From an uncultured delta proteobacterium (GTDB lineage Bacteria; Myxococcota_A; Polyangia; Polyangiales; JAFGIB01), in assembly GCA_963778655.1 (NCBI GenBank), contig CAVZVA010000002.1, positions 256,001-320,000 on the forward strand: 64,000 nt of DNA, read 5' to 3'. Positions 8,473 to 18,503 of this stretch are shown here, in pieces (within the stretch, counting starts at the first letter, position 1; every line of letters starts with the position of its first letter). The notes beneath the pieces were generated by a model that was not told the origin of the DNA, ran no database searches, and worked only from the letters and a program-made list of their open reading frames with translations. The position numbers and the translations under genes were made by a program.

Positions 8473-9630
8473 ATGCGGTTCAAGTACGGGTGCAATCCCC
8501 ACCAGGCCTTCGCGCAGGTCGAGCCGATCGAGCCGGGCAAGATGCCGATCGAGGTGCTGAGCGGGACGCCGGGGTTCATCAATTTCCTGGACGCGATCAA
8601 TGCCTGGCAGCTGGTGAGCGAGGCGCGGCACGCGCTGGGCCTACCGGCCGCCGCCAGCTTCAAGCACGTCTCGCCAGCCGGCGCGGCGGTGGGGACGGAG
8701 CTGTCCGAAGAGCTGGGGCGCTGCTACGAGGTGGACCCCTCCGCGCTGTCGCCACTGGCGATCGCGTACGTGCGCGCCCGCGGCGCGGACCCCAAGAGCT
8801 CGTTCGGCGACTTCGCCGCGCTCTCCGACCCGGTCGATGAGAGCACGGCGCGCTACATGAAGACCCTGGTCTCGGACGGGGTGATCGCGCCGGGCTACGA
8901 GCCGCGGGCGCTCGAGATCCTGAAAAACAAGAAGAAGGGCGCCTTCCTCGTGCTCAAGGTGGACCCGGATTTCGTTCCGCCCGCGCGTGAGTCGCGCGAG
9001 CTGTTCGGGATGCGGCTGGAGCAGGACCGCAATGGGCTGGAGCTGGGCGAGGCCCAGCTACGCAATGTGCTGTGCGGCAGCCTCACGCCCGCGGCCCGCC
9101 GCGACCTGCTGCTCGGGCTGATCACGCTCAAGTACACGCAGTCGAACTCGGTCGGCTACTCGCTCGACGGACAGATGATCGGGATCGGCGCGGGCCAGCA
9201 GTCGCGGGTGGACTGCACCAAGCTGGCGGGCGCCAAGGCCGACGTGTGGCACCTGCGCCGGCACCCCAAGGTGCTCGGCCTGCGCTTCAAGAAGGGCGTG
9301 GGCGCTCAGGAGCGCACCAACTTCCGCGTCCGCTACATCGAGGGTGACCTGGTGCCGTCGGAGACAGCCGCGCTGCAGCAGGCGCTGGACCAGCCGCTCG
9401 AACCGCTGGGCGAGGAGGAGAAGCGGCAGTGGGTCAAGGGCCTGCAGGGGGTGAGCCTGAGCTCGGACGGCTTCATCCCGTTTCGCGATAACATCGATCA
9501 CGCGGCCCGCCACGGCGTGGGCTTCATCGCGCAGCCCGGAGGCTCGACGCGCGACGAGGAGTGCACCGAGGCCTGCCGCGAATACGGCATCGCGATGGTG
9601 CACACCGGCGTGCGGCTGTTTCACCATTGA
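8473..9630 (+). CDS. purH: AICAR formyltransferase (PurH transformylase domain only)
   Basis: KYGCNPHQ, INFLDA, SFKHVSPAGAA, KYTQSNSV, GAGQQSRVDC, SSDGFIPFRD, QPGGS, RLFHH; no N-terminal IMP cyclohydrolase/MGS domain. Confidence 0.9.
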   Translation: MRFKYGCNPHQAFAQVEPIEPGKMPIEVLSGTPGFINFLDAINAWQLVSEARHALGLPAAASFKHVSPAGAAVGTELSEELGRCYEVDPSALSPLAIAYVRARGADPKSSFGDFAALSDPVDESTARYMKTLVSDGVIAPGYEPRALEILKNKKKGAFLVLKVDPDFVPPARESRELFGMRLEQDRNGLELGEAQLRNVLCGSLTPAARRDLLLGLITLKYTQSNSVGYSLDGQMIGIGAGQQSRVDCTKLAGAKADVWHLRRHPKVLGLRFKKGVGAQERTNFRVRYIEGDLVPSETAALQQALDQPLEPLGEEEKRQWVKGLQGVSLSSDGFIPFRDNIDHAARHGVGFIAQPGGSTRDEECTEACREYGIAMVHTGVRLFHH

Positions 9631-9664
9631 GCCGCGGCCGCGGCCGAGCGCACACGGCCAGAGC

Positions 9665-10147
9665 TCAAAGCCGGAACAGCAGCCCGGCCATCAGCTCCGT
9701 GGACACGCCCCCACCCAGGCCCAGGCGCAGCTGCACGAACGGCTCGAGCGGCGACTGCAGGTGGAACAGCAGGCCGCCGATCAGGTTGAATTTCACGTCG
9801 GTCCCGCCGCCGTGCCCGACGTTGGCGAAGATGCCCAGACCGGGCGCCACGAACGGCCGCAGCACCGAGTCGTGGATCTGGAACTCGAACGGCACGTTGA
9901 ACGAGAAGTTCAAGACGTTGACGTCGTGGGTGAAGTACAGCGAGAAGCTCGGGTTGAGCTGCACGATCGCGCTGCTGTCGATGTTGGCCACGTCGAAGCG
10001 GCCCTCGGCACCGAGAAACAGCACGTCCCCGTCGAAGTTGTAGCCGAGGTGCGGGCCGAGCGTGTTGCGCTCCGCATGCGCGGTGGCGGCGGGCCACAGC
10101 AGCAGTCCCAGCATCGCGGCCGTGCTCAGCGAAAGAAGCAGGCGCAT
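9665..10147 (-). CDS. Small outer-membrane beta-barrel protein
   Basis: Signal peptide ending AHA; alternating hydrophobic beta-strands; C-terminal GLLFRL. Confidence 0.75.
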   Translation of the reverse strand: MRLLLSLSTAAMLGLLLWPAATAHAERNTLGPHLGYNFDGDVLFLGAEGRFDVANIDSSAIVQLNPSFSLYFTHDVNVLNFSFNVPFEFQIHDSVLRPFVAPGLGIFANVGHGGGTDVKFNLIGGLLFHLQSPLEPFVQLRLGLGGGVSTELMAGLLFRL

Positions 10148-10226
10148 GGCGGGCCGGAGCATAGCCGATCCCATCCTGGCTGCGCAGTCCGATTCGACCC
10201 CTCGGCGCCAGGCCGCGCGGCGCGGG

Positions 10227-11147
10227 CTAGCGCAGCCGCGAATAGCGCATGCGTGGGCCGTCGGGCGTTTCCACCAGCTCGACCAGCACACCTCCGACGC
10301 GTACTCCGTTGCCGGGGACCCCGCCGCGGGCCGGCTCGCGCGGGCCGCCGGAGTCGAACAGCTCGTCGACCTCGCGACTGTCGAGCACCTCGACCTCGCC
10401 GTCCGCCGCCAGCGGACCGTCGCGCCCGGCCGGCCCGGGCGCAAAGGGGGCCACACTCAGCTGGCGCCGCGCGAGGCGCGACTCGGCGCTCGAGCCGAGC
10501 CACACCACCACGGCGATCACGGCCAGCATCGTCTGGTCGTGGGCGAGCGCGTACACGCCCATCATCAGCGCAACCAGCTTGGCCACGCCGGCGGCGATGC
10601 GGGTGGCGGCGGCCGGCCCCATGCGCATCGCGAGCAAGGCGCGCAGCACGCGCCCGCCGTCCATCGGCAGCGCGGGCAGCAGATTGAAGCTGCCCATCAC
10701 CAGGTTCGCGAGCAGCAGCGCCGACAGCAGCGAGCGCGGGTCCTCGCCGAGCTCGTTCCAGCTCAGCACCGGCGCGCCCAGCGCCGCCATCGCCGCAGCC
10801 AAGAGGCCCGCCAGCGCGAAGTTGACCGCAGGGCCGGCCAAGGCCACCAGCAGCTGCTCGCGCGGGCGCTTGGGCATGCCCTGCAGCATGGCCACGCCGC
10901 CGATCGGGTAGAGCGTGATGTGCAGGGTACGGATACCGAAGTGGCGCGCCGTCAGTGCGTGCCCGTACTCGTGCAGCACCACCAGGCAGAAGATCACCAC
11001 CATGAAGGCCACGCTCAACAGCACGGCCGGCAGCGATTTAGTGTCGGAGTAGGTGCTGAGCGCCACGAAGCCGAGCAGCAGCAGGAAGGTCGCGTGCACG
11101 TGCACGCCGATTCCGAACACCTCGCCCAGCTTGTAGGACCACTTCAT
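10227..11147 (-). CDS. Site-2 protease (peptidase M50)
   Basis: HEYGH, AGPAVN, FNLLPALPMDGGR; multiple TM segments. Confidence 0.92.
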   Translation of the reverse strand: MKWSYKLGEVFGIGVHVHATFLLLLGFVALSTYSDTKSLPAVLLSVAFMVVIFCLVVLHEYGHALTARHFGIRTLHITLYPIGGVAMLQGMPKRPREQLLVALAGPAVNFALAGLLAAAMAALGAPVLSWNELGEDPRSLLSALLLANLVMGSFNLLPALPMDGGRVLRALLAMRMGPAAATRIAAGVAKLVALMMGVYALAHDQTMLAVIAVVVWLGSSAESRLARRQLSVAPFAPGPAGRDGPLAADGEVEVLDSREVDELFDSGGPREPARGGVPGNGVRVGGVLVELVETPDGPRMRYSRLR

Positions 11148-11238
11148 CAGACGGCTCCTTGCAACTTAAGGTCGCCAGGGCCGGAGCGCAAGTCGTCGCC
11201 GCAGCGGCGGCGCGAAAGCTTGGCCGGCCCGCGCGCGC

Positions 11239-12840
11239 TCAGCGCCGCGCGCGCGAGTCCGCGTCGAGCCAGCCGCGGCGGCGCAGGAAGGCGCGCAGCT
11301 CGACGTCGTCGAGTGAGACCGGCCTCAGGTACACGCCCACCCGGCGCCTGTGCCACCACGCGTCCGTGTGCTCGGACAGAGCCGTGAAGTGGTACTCGTA
11401 AAGCTCGGCCCGGATGAAGCGCGGCGGCCGCGCGCCGAAGGGGTCGCGTGCGAGTAGGGCGCGTACCGCGGGCTCGCCGCGCAGCAGCTCGTAGACGAAG
11501 CGCAGCAGCCACGGCTCGCGCGAGACGTCGCCCAGCGCGGCGAACCACATCTGCCAGTCCAGCCGGTAGTGGTACGGCGTGATCAGGCAGGGGCGCCTGC
11601 GCACGTCGCCGGGCTTGCACGGGAGCTCGTACTCGAGCCAGCGCGCGCCGGGACCGGGCCGCGCATCACGTGTGCCCTGCAGGATCACCTCGTGGCGCAC
11701 CTTGTCCACCGAGCCGAAGGCGCCGTAGCTGTTGACCAGGTGCAGCGGATCGAACGAGGTGTTCATCTGCTGGTGGGGCGAGATCATGTTCAGGACCGGG
11801 TCGACGCTGAGCAGCGCCACGACCAGGCACAGCAGGGAGGTCGCGACCAGCTGCGGCACACTGCGCAGGCGGCCGGCTTCGAGCGCGCGCGCGCGCGCAC
11901 ACAGCCGCGCCGGCAGCAGGCGCTCGAGCAGGCTGTCGTCGAAGCAGGCCACACAGATCGCGATCGTCAGCCAGTTGAGGAAGGACAGGTTGCCGCTCGC
12001 GATCAGGATGGCCTGGAACACCACGATCAGCAGACCCCCGGGGTGGCGCAGCCGGCGTGGCCCCAGCACCAGCCACGGCGCGACCAGCTCGACCAGGTGG
12101 TTGAAGAGCACCCCGAGCTTGTGGAACCACAGCGGCGCCTGGTGCAGCAGCCAGCTGAGCGGGCTCGGGACCGGCTGGGTTTCGTAGTGGTAGGCCAGAC
12201 AGGTGAGCTGGGTCCAACACGGATCGCCGCGCAGCTTGATCAACCCCGCACCCAGCATCACGCGGAATACCAGCCAGCGCAGCAGCCAGATCACGGCCGC
12301 GGGGGGTGGCACGCGGCTGCGCAGGGGCCGCACGCTGGCCAGCGGACACAGAAAGATCGACAGGAAGCCGGCCTCGAGCAGCAGGATCTCCCAGCCGTAG
12401 CCGTACCAGGTCTGGCCGATGTGGCAGACCGAGAGGTAGAGCGCCCACAGCCCGGCCATCAGCACCGCGTTCTCGACGCCGAGCAACACCGCGAGCGAGC
12501 CGGCCAACCCGGCCCAGGACCAGAACGACAGCGCCGCGTCGGACGCTCCCAGCACGAAGCCGGTGGGCAGATCGAAGAAGCTCACGCGGCCGTGCAGCCG
12601 CTTCAGGTAGCGCGCGGCCGGCAGAATGCCGTGGCTGCCGAGCAGGCCGCGCCACTGCTGGACGAGCACCAGGAAGGCCACGCTGTAGATGAGCCCCAGG
12701 GCGCGCAAGAACACGAAACGCGTGAGCCAGTAGCGGGGCGCGGGGCCGCCCAGCCACCCGGAGCGCAGGTCGTCGGCGCCCTCGGCGGCTGCGGGCAGCG
12801 GTACGGTGGCCTCGTCGCTCACGGGCGCATGGTCGCCCAC
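11239..12840 (-). CDS. Lipase maturation factor family membrane protein
   Basis: GWEILLLEAGFL, FRVMLGAGLIKLRGDPCW, HYETQP, NSYGAFGS, PYHYRLDWQMWFAA. Confidence 0.92.
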   Translation of the reverse strand: MGDHAPVSDEATVPLPAAAEGADDLRSGWLGGPAPRYWLTRFVFLRALGLIYSVAFLVLVQQWRGLLGSHGILPAARYLKRLHGRVSFFDLPTGFVLGASDAALSFWSWAGLAGSLAVLLGVENAVLMAGLWALYLSVCHIGQTWYGYGWEILLLEAGFLSIFLCPLASVRPLRSRVPPPAAVIWLLRWLVFRVMLGAGLIKLRGDPCWTQLTCLAYHYETQPVPSPLSWLLHQAPLWFHKLGVLFNHLVELVAPWLVLGPRRLRHPGGLLIVVFQAILIASGNLSFLNWLTIAICVACFDDSLLERLLPARLCARARALEAGRLRSVPQLVATSLLCLVVALLSVDPVLNMISPHQQMNTSFDPLHLVNSYGAFGSVDKVRHEVILQGTRDARPGPGARWLEYELPCKPGDVRRRPCLITPYHYRLDWQMWFAALGDVSREPWLLRFVYELLRGEPAVRALLARDPFGARPPRFIRAELYEYHFTALSEHTDAWWHRRRVGVYLRPVSLDDVELRAFLRRRGWLDADSRARR

Positions 12841-13010
12841 GGCCGGCGCCGGCGGTAGGCGCAGGCGCGGTCAGACGCGCCCGCGGTGCCCGCCGCGCGG
12901 GTGCCGCGGATGCGCTGGCGCAAGCAGCAAGCCGCCGAAAATCCGCCATTTGCGACCCCTCAAGGGGTGTTTACGTGGAGGTGGTGAACAACCACCTGGA
13001 GCATCCCGCT

Positions 13011-13742
13011 ATGACGAGCATGGAGGCCCCTGCACTCGCACCCACGCAGGCCAAGCCCTGCGGAGCGCAGCACTGCGTCGGATGTCCGGCCGCCGCGCGC
13101 GGCATTCTGGAAGGCTTGCTCGGCGACTCGCCCAGCACGTGCGGTTTCGATTCTCTCGCGGTGGAGCCGCGCGCCGCGCTGCCTCCTTCCTGGCTGGCCC
13201 GCTACAGCTATGCGATGGTGCGGCGCGGCTACCTGATCCGGCAGCGCACCGACGCCGCGGGTCGCACCACGGCCATCGACGCCGTGGGCCCAGGCTGCTG
13301 CTTCCCGCTGGACCGCGGCGGCGACGGCACCCCCGAGCACACCAGCTCCGGCTACGCCCTGACCCGCGCGCTGGTCTGCTTGTCCGACGCGGAGACGTTG
13401 CAGCGCGGCCTGGCCGAGGGCGGGCCGAGCGCGGTGGAGGTCCACCAGCTCGACAACGAAGCGATCGGCCGGTTGGAGCGTCTGGCCGACGCGCGCGGCC
13501 GGCCCGGGGCGGCGTCCAAGGTGGCCGCGCTGCTGTGCACGCTGGCCGACACGCTGCGCCCCGGCGGTCAGTCCGAGCCGCGGGTGCCGTCCGAGTTTCT
13601 GCAGCGCGACCTGGCGGGGCTGCTGTCAATCCGACACGAGTCGGTCTGCCGCGTGATGCGGGACTTCGTGAAACGCGGGCTGGTCGTCCGCGATCAGGAC
13701 GGCATCTTGCTCGCCAACCGCGAAGCGCTGCAGGCGCTGTAG
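13011..13742 (+). CDS. Crp/Fnr-family regulator with N-terminal Cys cluster
   Basis: CGAQHCVGC..C N-terminus, cNMP-like beta-roll, C-terminal HTH QRDLAGLLSIRHESVCR. Confidence 0.82.
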   Translation: MTSMEAPALAPTQAKPCGAQHCVGCPAAARGILEGLLGDSPSTCGFDSLAVEPRAALPPSWLARYSYAMVRRGYLIRQRTDAAGRTTAIDAVGPGCCFPLDRGGDGTPEHTSSGYALTRALVCLSDAETLQRGLAEGGPSAVEVHQLDNEAIGRLERLADARGRPGAASKVAALLCTLADTLRPGGQSEPRVPSEFLQRDLAGLLSIRHESVCRVMRDFVKRGLVVRDQDGILLANREALQAL

Positions 13743-13754
13743 AACCAGAGATTC

Positions 13755-13800
13755 ACGGCAAGGCGGGAAGCGATGACCCGCCTTCGTCTCGCCTTGCTGT
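13755..13800. repeat. Dispersed purine/pyrimidine hairpin element, copy 1
   Basis: acggcaaggcgggaag ... cttcgtctcgccttgctgt inverted repeat just after a stop codon. Confidence 0.55.
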
Positions 13801-13986
13801 CGACCCGACGCCGCCAGCGCGACGCTAGTGCAGCGTCCGCGAGATGGGATCAAGGGATCGTGAGTGAGGTGGGTCCGAGCGCAAGGCGCCGCAGCGCAGG
13901 AATACTCCGTGTATTTCAAGCTGCGGCAACGCCGCGATCGGGCCCGCATCGCTCGCGAAGATTGATTCTATCTCGCGGACGCTGCA

Positions 13987-14415
13987 CTAGTCCTGGTCCA
14001 GGACGGCGGCGAGCGCGCGCAGTGCGTCGGTCAGCGTGAACACGCCGAGCACCCGTTGATCGCGCTCGTCGGTCACCAGAGCGCAGCCGTAGCCGTGACG
14101 CACCATCATCTGCGCGACCCGCTGCAGCGGCATGCCAGGAGGCACGGCGTAGGGCACCGGCGTCATCGCCTCGGCCACCCGCACGCCCTCGGCATGGCCG
14201 CCGGAGATCGCCTGCACCGCGGCCACGTCGCGATCGCTGAGCACGCCGACCGGCTTACCACCTCGCACCACCGGCAAGTGGCGGACGGCGTGCTCGCCCA
14301 TCATCTTGGCCGCCTCGGCGAGCGTGGCGTCGTGCTCGATCACCTGCGGGGACGCCACCATCCAATCCCGGACCTTGGGGGCGTCAATCGTGCGGTGCTG
14401 GCCGCGTTGGAGCAT
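13987..14415 (-). CDS. CBS-pair domain protein
   Basis: VRDWM..P, VRHLPVV..GVLSDRD, VAEAMTP, GVFTLTDAL; GAGG SD upstream. Confidence 0.9.
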   Translation of the reverse strand: MLQRGQHRTIDAPKVRDWMVASPQVIEHDATLAEAAKMMGEHAVRHLPVVRGGKPVGVLSDRDVAAVQAISGGHAEGVRVAEAMTPVPYAVPPGMPLQRVAQMMVRHGYGCALVTDERDQRVLGVFTLTDALRALAAVLDQD

Positions 14416-14476
14416 CAGAACCTCGTGCAGCGATGGGGAAAGCGCGCTGGCGTGCCAGGCACCTGCCCTGGTGAGG

Positions 14477-14492
14477 AGCAACCGCCGTGCCA
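14477..14492 (-). promoter_or_regulatory. Sigma54 -24/-12 promoter
   Basis: TGGCAC-GGCGG-TTGCT, a perfect match to TGGCAC-N5-TTGCW, 62 nt upstream of the CBS gene. Confidence 0.8.
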
Positions 14493-14697
14493 GCCACGCG
14501 GCCGCAAGAAACCCGCCCCTGCCGCACGACCCTCGCGCAGGTCATTCGCCCCGGGCACGCCGGACGCGATTCTTGCGCGGGCGCCGGCTTCGCACCGGCG
14601 CCCACGCGCCTCACCCCGTGGGCGGCCGGCCATACGGCCCGATCGCGGGCGCGATCGGGCTGCGGGTCAGCCGGCAAGGCAGTGACCCGCGCGCCGA

Positions 14698-15861
14698 TCA
14701 CGATCCCTCGGGAACGTCCGCAGAGACCGGCAAGCGCAGCGAGAAGGCCGCGCCCTGCAGGTCGAGCGAGGACACCACTTCGAGGACGCCTTGGTGGGCC
14801 TGCACCAGCTTCCGGCACAGCGACAGGCCGAGCCCCACCCCGCCCTCCTTGGTGGTCATCAGCGGCTCGAAGATGCGCGAGCCGAGGCGCGGATCGATAC
14901 CCGGGCCGTCGTCGGCGATCAGAAACTCCACGCTCTGGTCCCGCGCCCTGAGCGTGAGCCGCACCACGCCCCCGCTGCCGGTCGCCTCGAGCGCGTTGTT
15001 GAGCAAGTTCAGCAGCACCTGCTGGATCTGCGCCGGGTCCACCGACACCTGGGGCAGGTCCGCCTGCGTGTGCAACTGGACGCCGAACCCGGTCGCGTCG
15101 TGCAGGGCGCTGGCGGCGCGCTCCGCCAGCAACGCAGGTGCGACCCAGCTCCGCAGTGGCGGCCGCTCGCGCACGATGTCGAGCAGGCTGGTGATGATGC
15201 GGTTGGAGCGCACGACCTGGGCCTGGATCTTGTCCGCGTGCCGGATCACGGCCGGATCGCCGCGGGCGCGCTGCCGCAGCAGAAAGGCCGAGGACTCGAT
15301 CACGCCCAGCGGATTGCGCAGCTCGTGGGCGATGGCCGAGGTCATTTGGCCGAAGGTCGCCAGCCGCTCGCTGCGCAGCAGCTGCGCGGAAAAGTCCTCG
15401 TTGTACGTGTGCAGGATGACCGCGAGCTCGAGGTCGAGCAGCTTGCCGATCGCGAGCAAACGCCGCTGCGTCCGCTCGAGCTCCGCGCCCAGCGCGAGGA
15501 CCGAGCGGGTCAAGCGGCTGCGAATGACGTTCATCGCCGTCAGGTTGTAGTGCTGCGGCAGCTGGATCAGCACGTGGCGCCGCCCGATTTGGGCGCGCTG
15601 CTCGAAGTAGTTGAGGTCCCACGGCCCCGCGAAGCAGCGCTGCAGCCACAGCCGCAACGTTGCCTTCAAGCGCTGCACTTGCGAGGCGCCGCCGGCGATC
15701 ACGGCCAGCGCGCCGGCATGCTGCTCGATGCGCGCGTAGAACGCCTCGACGATCGCGTCCAGCTCGGGCTCGAGCAGCGGCCCGAGCTCGCGCAGCACGT
15801 CCTCGTCGTCGGCGCCAAAAGAGACGTAGCGCTTCAGCTCGTCGAACAGGTGCTCCGCCAC
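14698..15861 (-). CDS. Globin-coupled sensor histidine kinase (GcHK-like)
   Basis: Protoglobin domain (VEAFYARI, IGRRHV proximal His) plus AHELRNPL H-box, NLLNNA, DDGPG, GVGLGL. Confidence 0.9.
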   Translation of the reverse strand: MAEHLFDELKRYVSFGADDEDVLRELGPLLEPELDAIVEAFYARIEQHAGALAVIAGGASQVQRLKATLRLWLQRCFAGPWDLNYFEQRAQIGRRHVLIQLPQHYNLTAMNVIRSRLTRSVLALGAELERTQRRLLAIGKLLDLELAVILHTYNEDFSAQLLRSERLATFGQMTSAIAHELRNPLGVIESSAFLLRQRARGDPAVIRHADKIQAQVVRSNRIITSLLDIVRERPPLRSWVAPALLAERAASALHDATGFGVQLHTQADLPQVSVDPAQIQQVLLNLLNNALEATGSGGVVRLTLRARDQSVEFLIADDGPGIDPRLGSRIFEPLMTTKEGGVGLGLSLCRKLVQAHQGVLEVVSSLDLQGAAFSLRLPVSADVPEGS

Positions 15862-16026
15862 TACGGTCGAGCCTCCCCGCGCGGCGCCAGCAGGGCTCGC
15901 CCGCGGTCCTGAGCGCTACCTTGGCAAGCCGGCTGACGCGGCGCAAGGGTGCGCCGCCGCAAGCGCGGCGACACGCCCGGTGACGATCTGAGGTGCGGCG
16001 CTCGCAAGCGCGATTATAGATCCGGC

Positions 16027-17516
16027 GTGGCCGGGAACGCGTCGCACGCAATCCTCGTCGTCGACGACAATCGCGACCTGGCGGAGAACGTCGCCGAGCT
16101 GTTCGCTGGGGCAGGGCACGAGACCCAGACCGCCGCGAGCCTGGAGGCTGCGGCCGAGGCGATGCAAAAGCGGCCCTGCGATCTGGCGATCGTCGACATA
16201 CGTCTGCAAGGCGCCTCGGGGGTCGAGCTGGCGGCCGAGATCAAGCAGCGCTGTCCCGAGGCCGAGGTCATCCTGATGACCGGCAACGCCTCGCTCGACA
16301 CCGCGCTGGCGGCGATCCGCGGCGACGCCTTCGCTTACGTGCAGAAGCCCTTCGACCCTGACGAGCTGCTGACGCTCGGCGAGCGGGCGCTGGCGCAGGC
16401 GCAGTTGCGCCGCGAGCGGGCGCGGCTGCAGCGCGAGCTGTCGCAGAGCGAGGCGCTCTATCGGGGCGTGGTCGACGCGGTCGATTCGTTCATCGTCGGT
16501 CTGAACCCGAGCGGCACTGTGCAAATATGGAACCGCAGCGCGGCCGATTCGAGCGGCTGGCCGGCAGCGCGCATGTTGGGGCAGCCGCTGGCGCGCTTCC
16601 TGAGCTCGGACCACAGCCGTGCCCAGCTGGAGGACGCCCTGGCACGGGCGCTCGACGGCGAGGAGGTATCGGGCGTCGAGCTGGCGCTGGCCGCCGCCGA
16701 TGGGCGCCAGCGCCTGTTGCGCTGGACGCTGTCGCGGCTGGGCGGGCCCGAGCGGGGCAGCCCGCTGGTGCTGGCAGTGGGCGTGGACCTCACCGACCGC
16801 ATCGAGCTCGAACGACGCGCGGCCGAGACCGAGGCGCTGGCCTCGCTGGCCAATCTGACCGCGGGCCTGGCGCACGAGATCCGCAATCCGCTCAACGCCG
16901 CGGTGCTGCAGCTCGAGCTGTTGCAGCGCGCCGTGGGCCGGCTCGACGCCGTTCCCGCGCGCGCTCGCATGCACGACCGCGTCGGCATCGTGCGCGAAGA
17001 GCTGGAGCGCCTCGCCAGGCTGCTCAACGACTTTCTCGACCTGGCCCGACCCAGGGCGATCGAGCTGGTCGAGGTGGACTTGCGCAAGCTGGTGCTGGAA
17101 GAGGTCGCGCTTCACGAGCCCGCCACCAAGCAGGCGGGAATCGAGACCGAGCTGACGTTGGAGGAGGGCCCGTTGCTGGTGCACGGTCACGCGGCAATGC
17201 TGAAGCAGGTGCTGGTCAACCTGCTGGTCAACGCGATCGACGCGATGCGCGCGCGCGGCCAGGGTCGGATCGCGATCGGCTGCCTTCGCAGCAGCGAGAC
17301 GAGGATCGAGCTGAGCGTGGCGGACGACGGGCCCGGCATCCCGCCGAGATCGCCGATCGGCTGTTTTCGCCATTCGTCAGCTCGAAGGAGGCCGGCACCG
17401 GCCTGGGTCTGACCATCGTCAAGCGCATCGTCGACCGCCACGGCGGCGCGATCCACGTGGCCTCGACGCCAGAACGCGGTACGACCGTGCGGGTAAGCCT
17501 GCAGCGCGCAAGCTGA
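16027..17516 (+). CDS. Hybrid REC-PAS-histidine kinase, split by a single-base frameshift near 17341
   Basis: ILVVDD..DLAIVD..KP receiver, PAS (WNRSA), AHEIRNPL, DDGPGI in ORF 15949..17412; F box and G2 box (LFSPFVSSKEAGTGLGL) continue in ORF 16527..17516. Confidence 0.85.
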
Positions 17517-17690
17517 GCCGACCCGCCCCCCGGCACGACGCAAATCTTTCGCCAGGGGCTGGCGAAGCCCCGCGCGCGCCCGCCAAGCGATTGAAATTGC
17601 ACCGTTCATCATCCACGATCGGACGGCTTGCGGCGCGGGTTGCGCCGTGCTTCTGGATCGTGTCGGGCCGGCGGCCCGCGACCCTAAACC

Positions 17691-18503
17691 TTGGAATCGA
17701 TCGCCCCACCACCGCCGTTCTCTCCCGCCCAGCTCAAGCTGCGCCTGACGAACGCGCTCGAGACGCTCGGGGGCATCGGTGTGCTGAGCGGGCAGGTGGC
17801 GCGCCAGCTGGTGCGCCCTCCGTTCGAGGTGCGCGCGCTGGTCGACCAGATCGAGGCCATCGGCGTGCGCTCGCTGAGCGTGGTGGTGCTGACCGCGGTG
17901 TTCTCCTCGATGGTGATCACGGTGCAGTTCGCGGTGCAGCTCGCGCGCTTCGGCGCCAAGGAATGGGCGGGCAATGCGGTAGGGGTCACGCTGGCGCGCG
18001 AGCTCGGACCGGTGATGACCGCGCTGATGGTCGGGGGCCGGGTCGGCGCGGGCATCGCGGCGGAGCTGGGCTCGATGTCGGTGACCGAGCAGCTCGACGC
18101 GGTGCGCGCCCTGGGCGCCGACCCCGTGCGCAAGCTGGTGCTGCCGCGGGTGGTGGCCACGCTGCTGGTGCTGCCGCTGATGGCCTCGATGTCGGTGGTG
18201 ATCGGCGTGCTGGCCGGGGCGGGCATCGCGGCGCTCGAGCCCGACACCCACCTTTCCTACTTCGTCAACGCGGCGCTGCGCGCCACCACCCTGCCCGATC
18301 TGTTCTCCGGTCTAACCAAGACGCTGTTCTTCGGCTTCAACATCGCAATCGTCGCCTGCTATCTCGGCATCAACACCCGAGGCGGCACGGTCGGCGTCGG
18401 TCAGGCGACCACCAAGACGGTGGTGATCTCCTCGGTGGTGACGCTGGTCTCGGACTTCTTCATGACCAAGCTGTTTCTCGCCCTCGGCTGGGGCGCGTCA
18501 TGA
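17691..18503 (+). CDS. mlaE: MlaE-family ABC permease
   Basis: RELGPVMTALMVGGRVGAGIAAELGSM..EQLDA, LVLPRV, GVGQATT. Confidence 0.92.
   Translation: MESIAPPPPFSPAQLKLRLTNALETLGGIGVLSGQVARQLVRPPFEVRALVDQIEAIGVRSLSVVVLTAVFSSMVITVQFAVQLARFGAKEWAGNAVGVTLARELGPVMTALMVGGRVGAGIAAELGSMSVTEQLDAVRALGADPVRKLVLPRVVATLLVLPLMASMSVVIGVLAGAGIAALEPDTHLSYFVNAALRATTLPDLFSGLTKTLFFGFNIAIVACYLGINTRGGTVGVGQATTKTVVISSVVTLVSDFFMTKLFLALGWGAS

Noticed and set aside
14441..14457. Additional sigma54 promoters (also TGGCAC near 36452 and 51025)
   Set aside because: GG-to-GC spacing is not 10 nt
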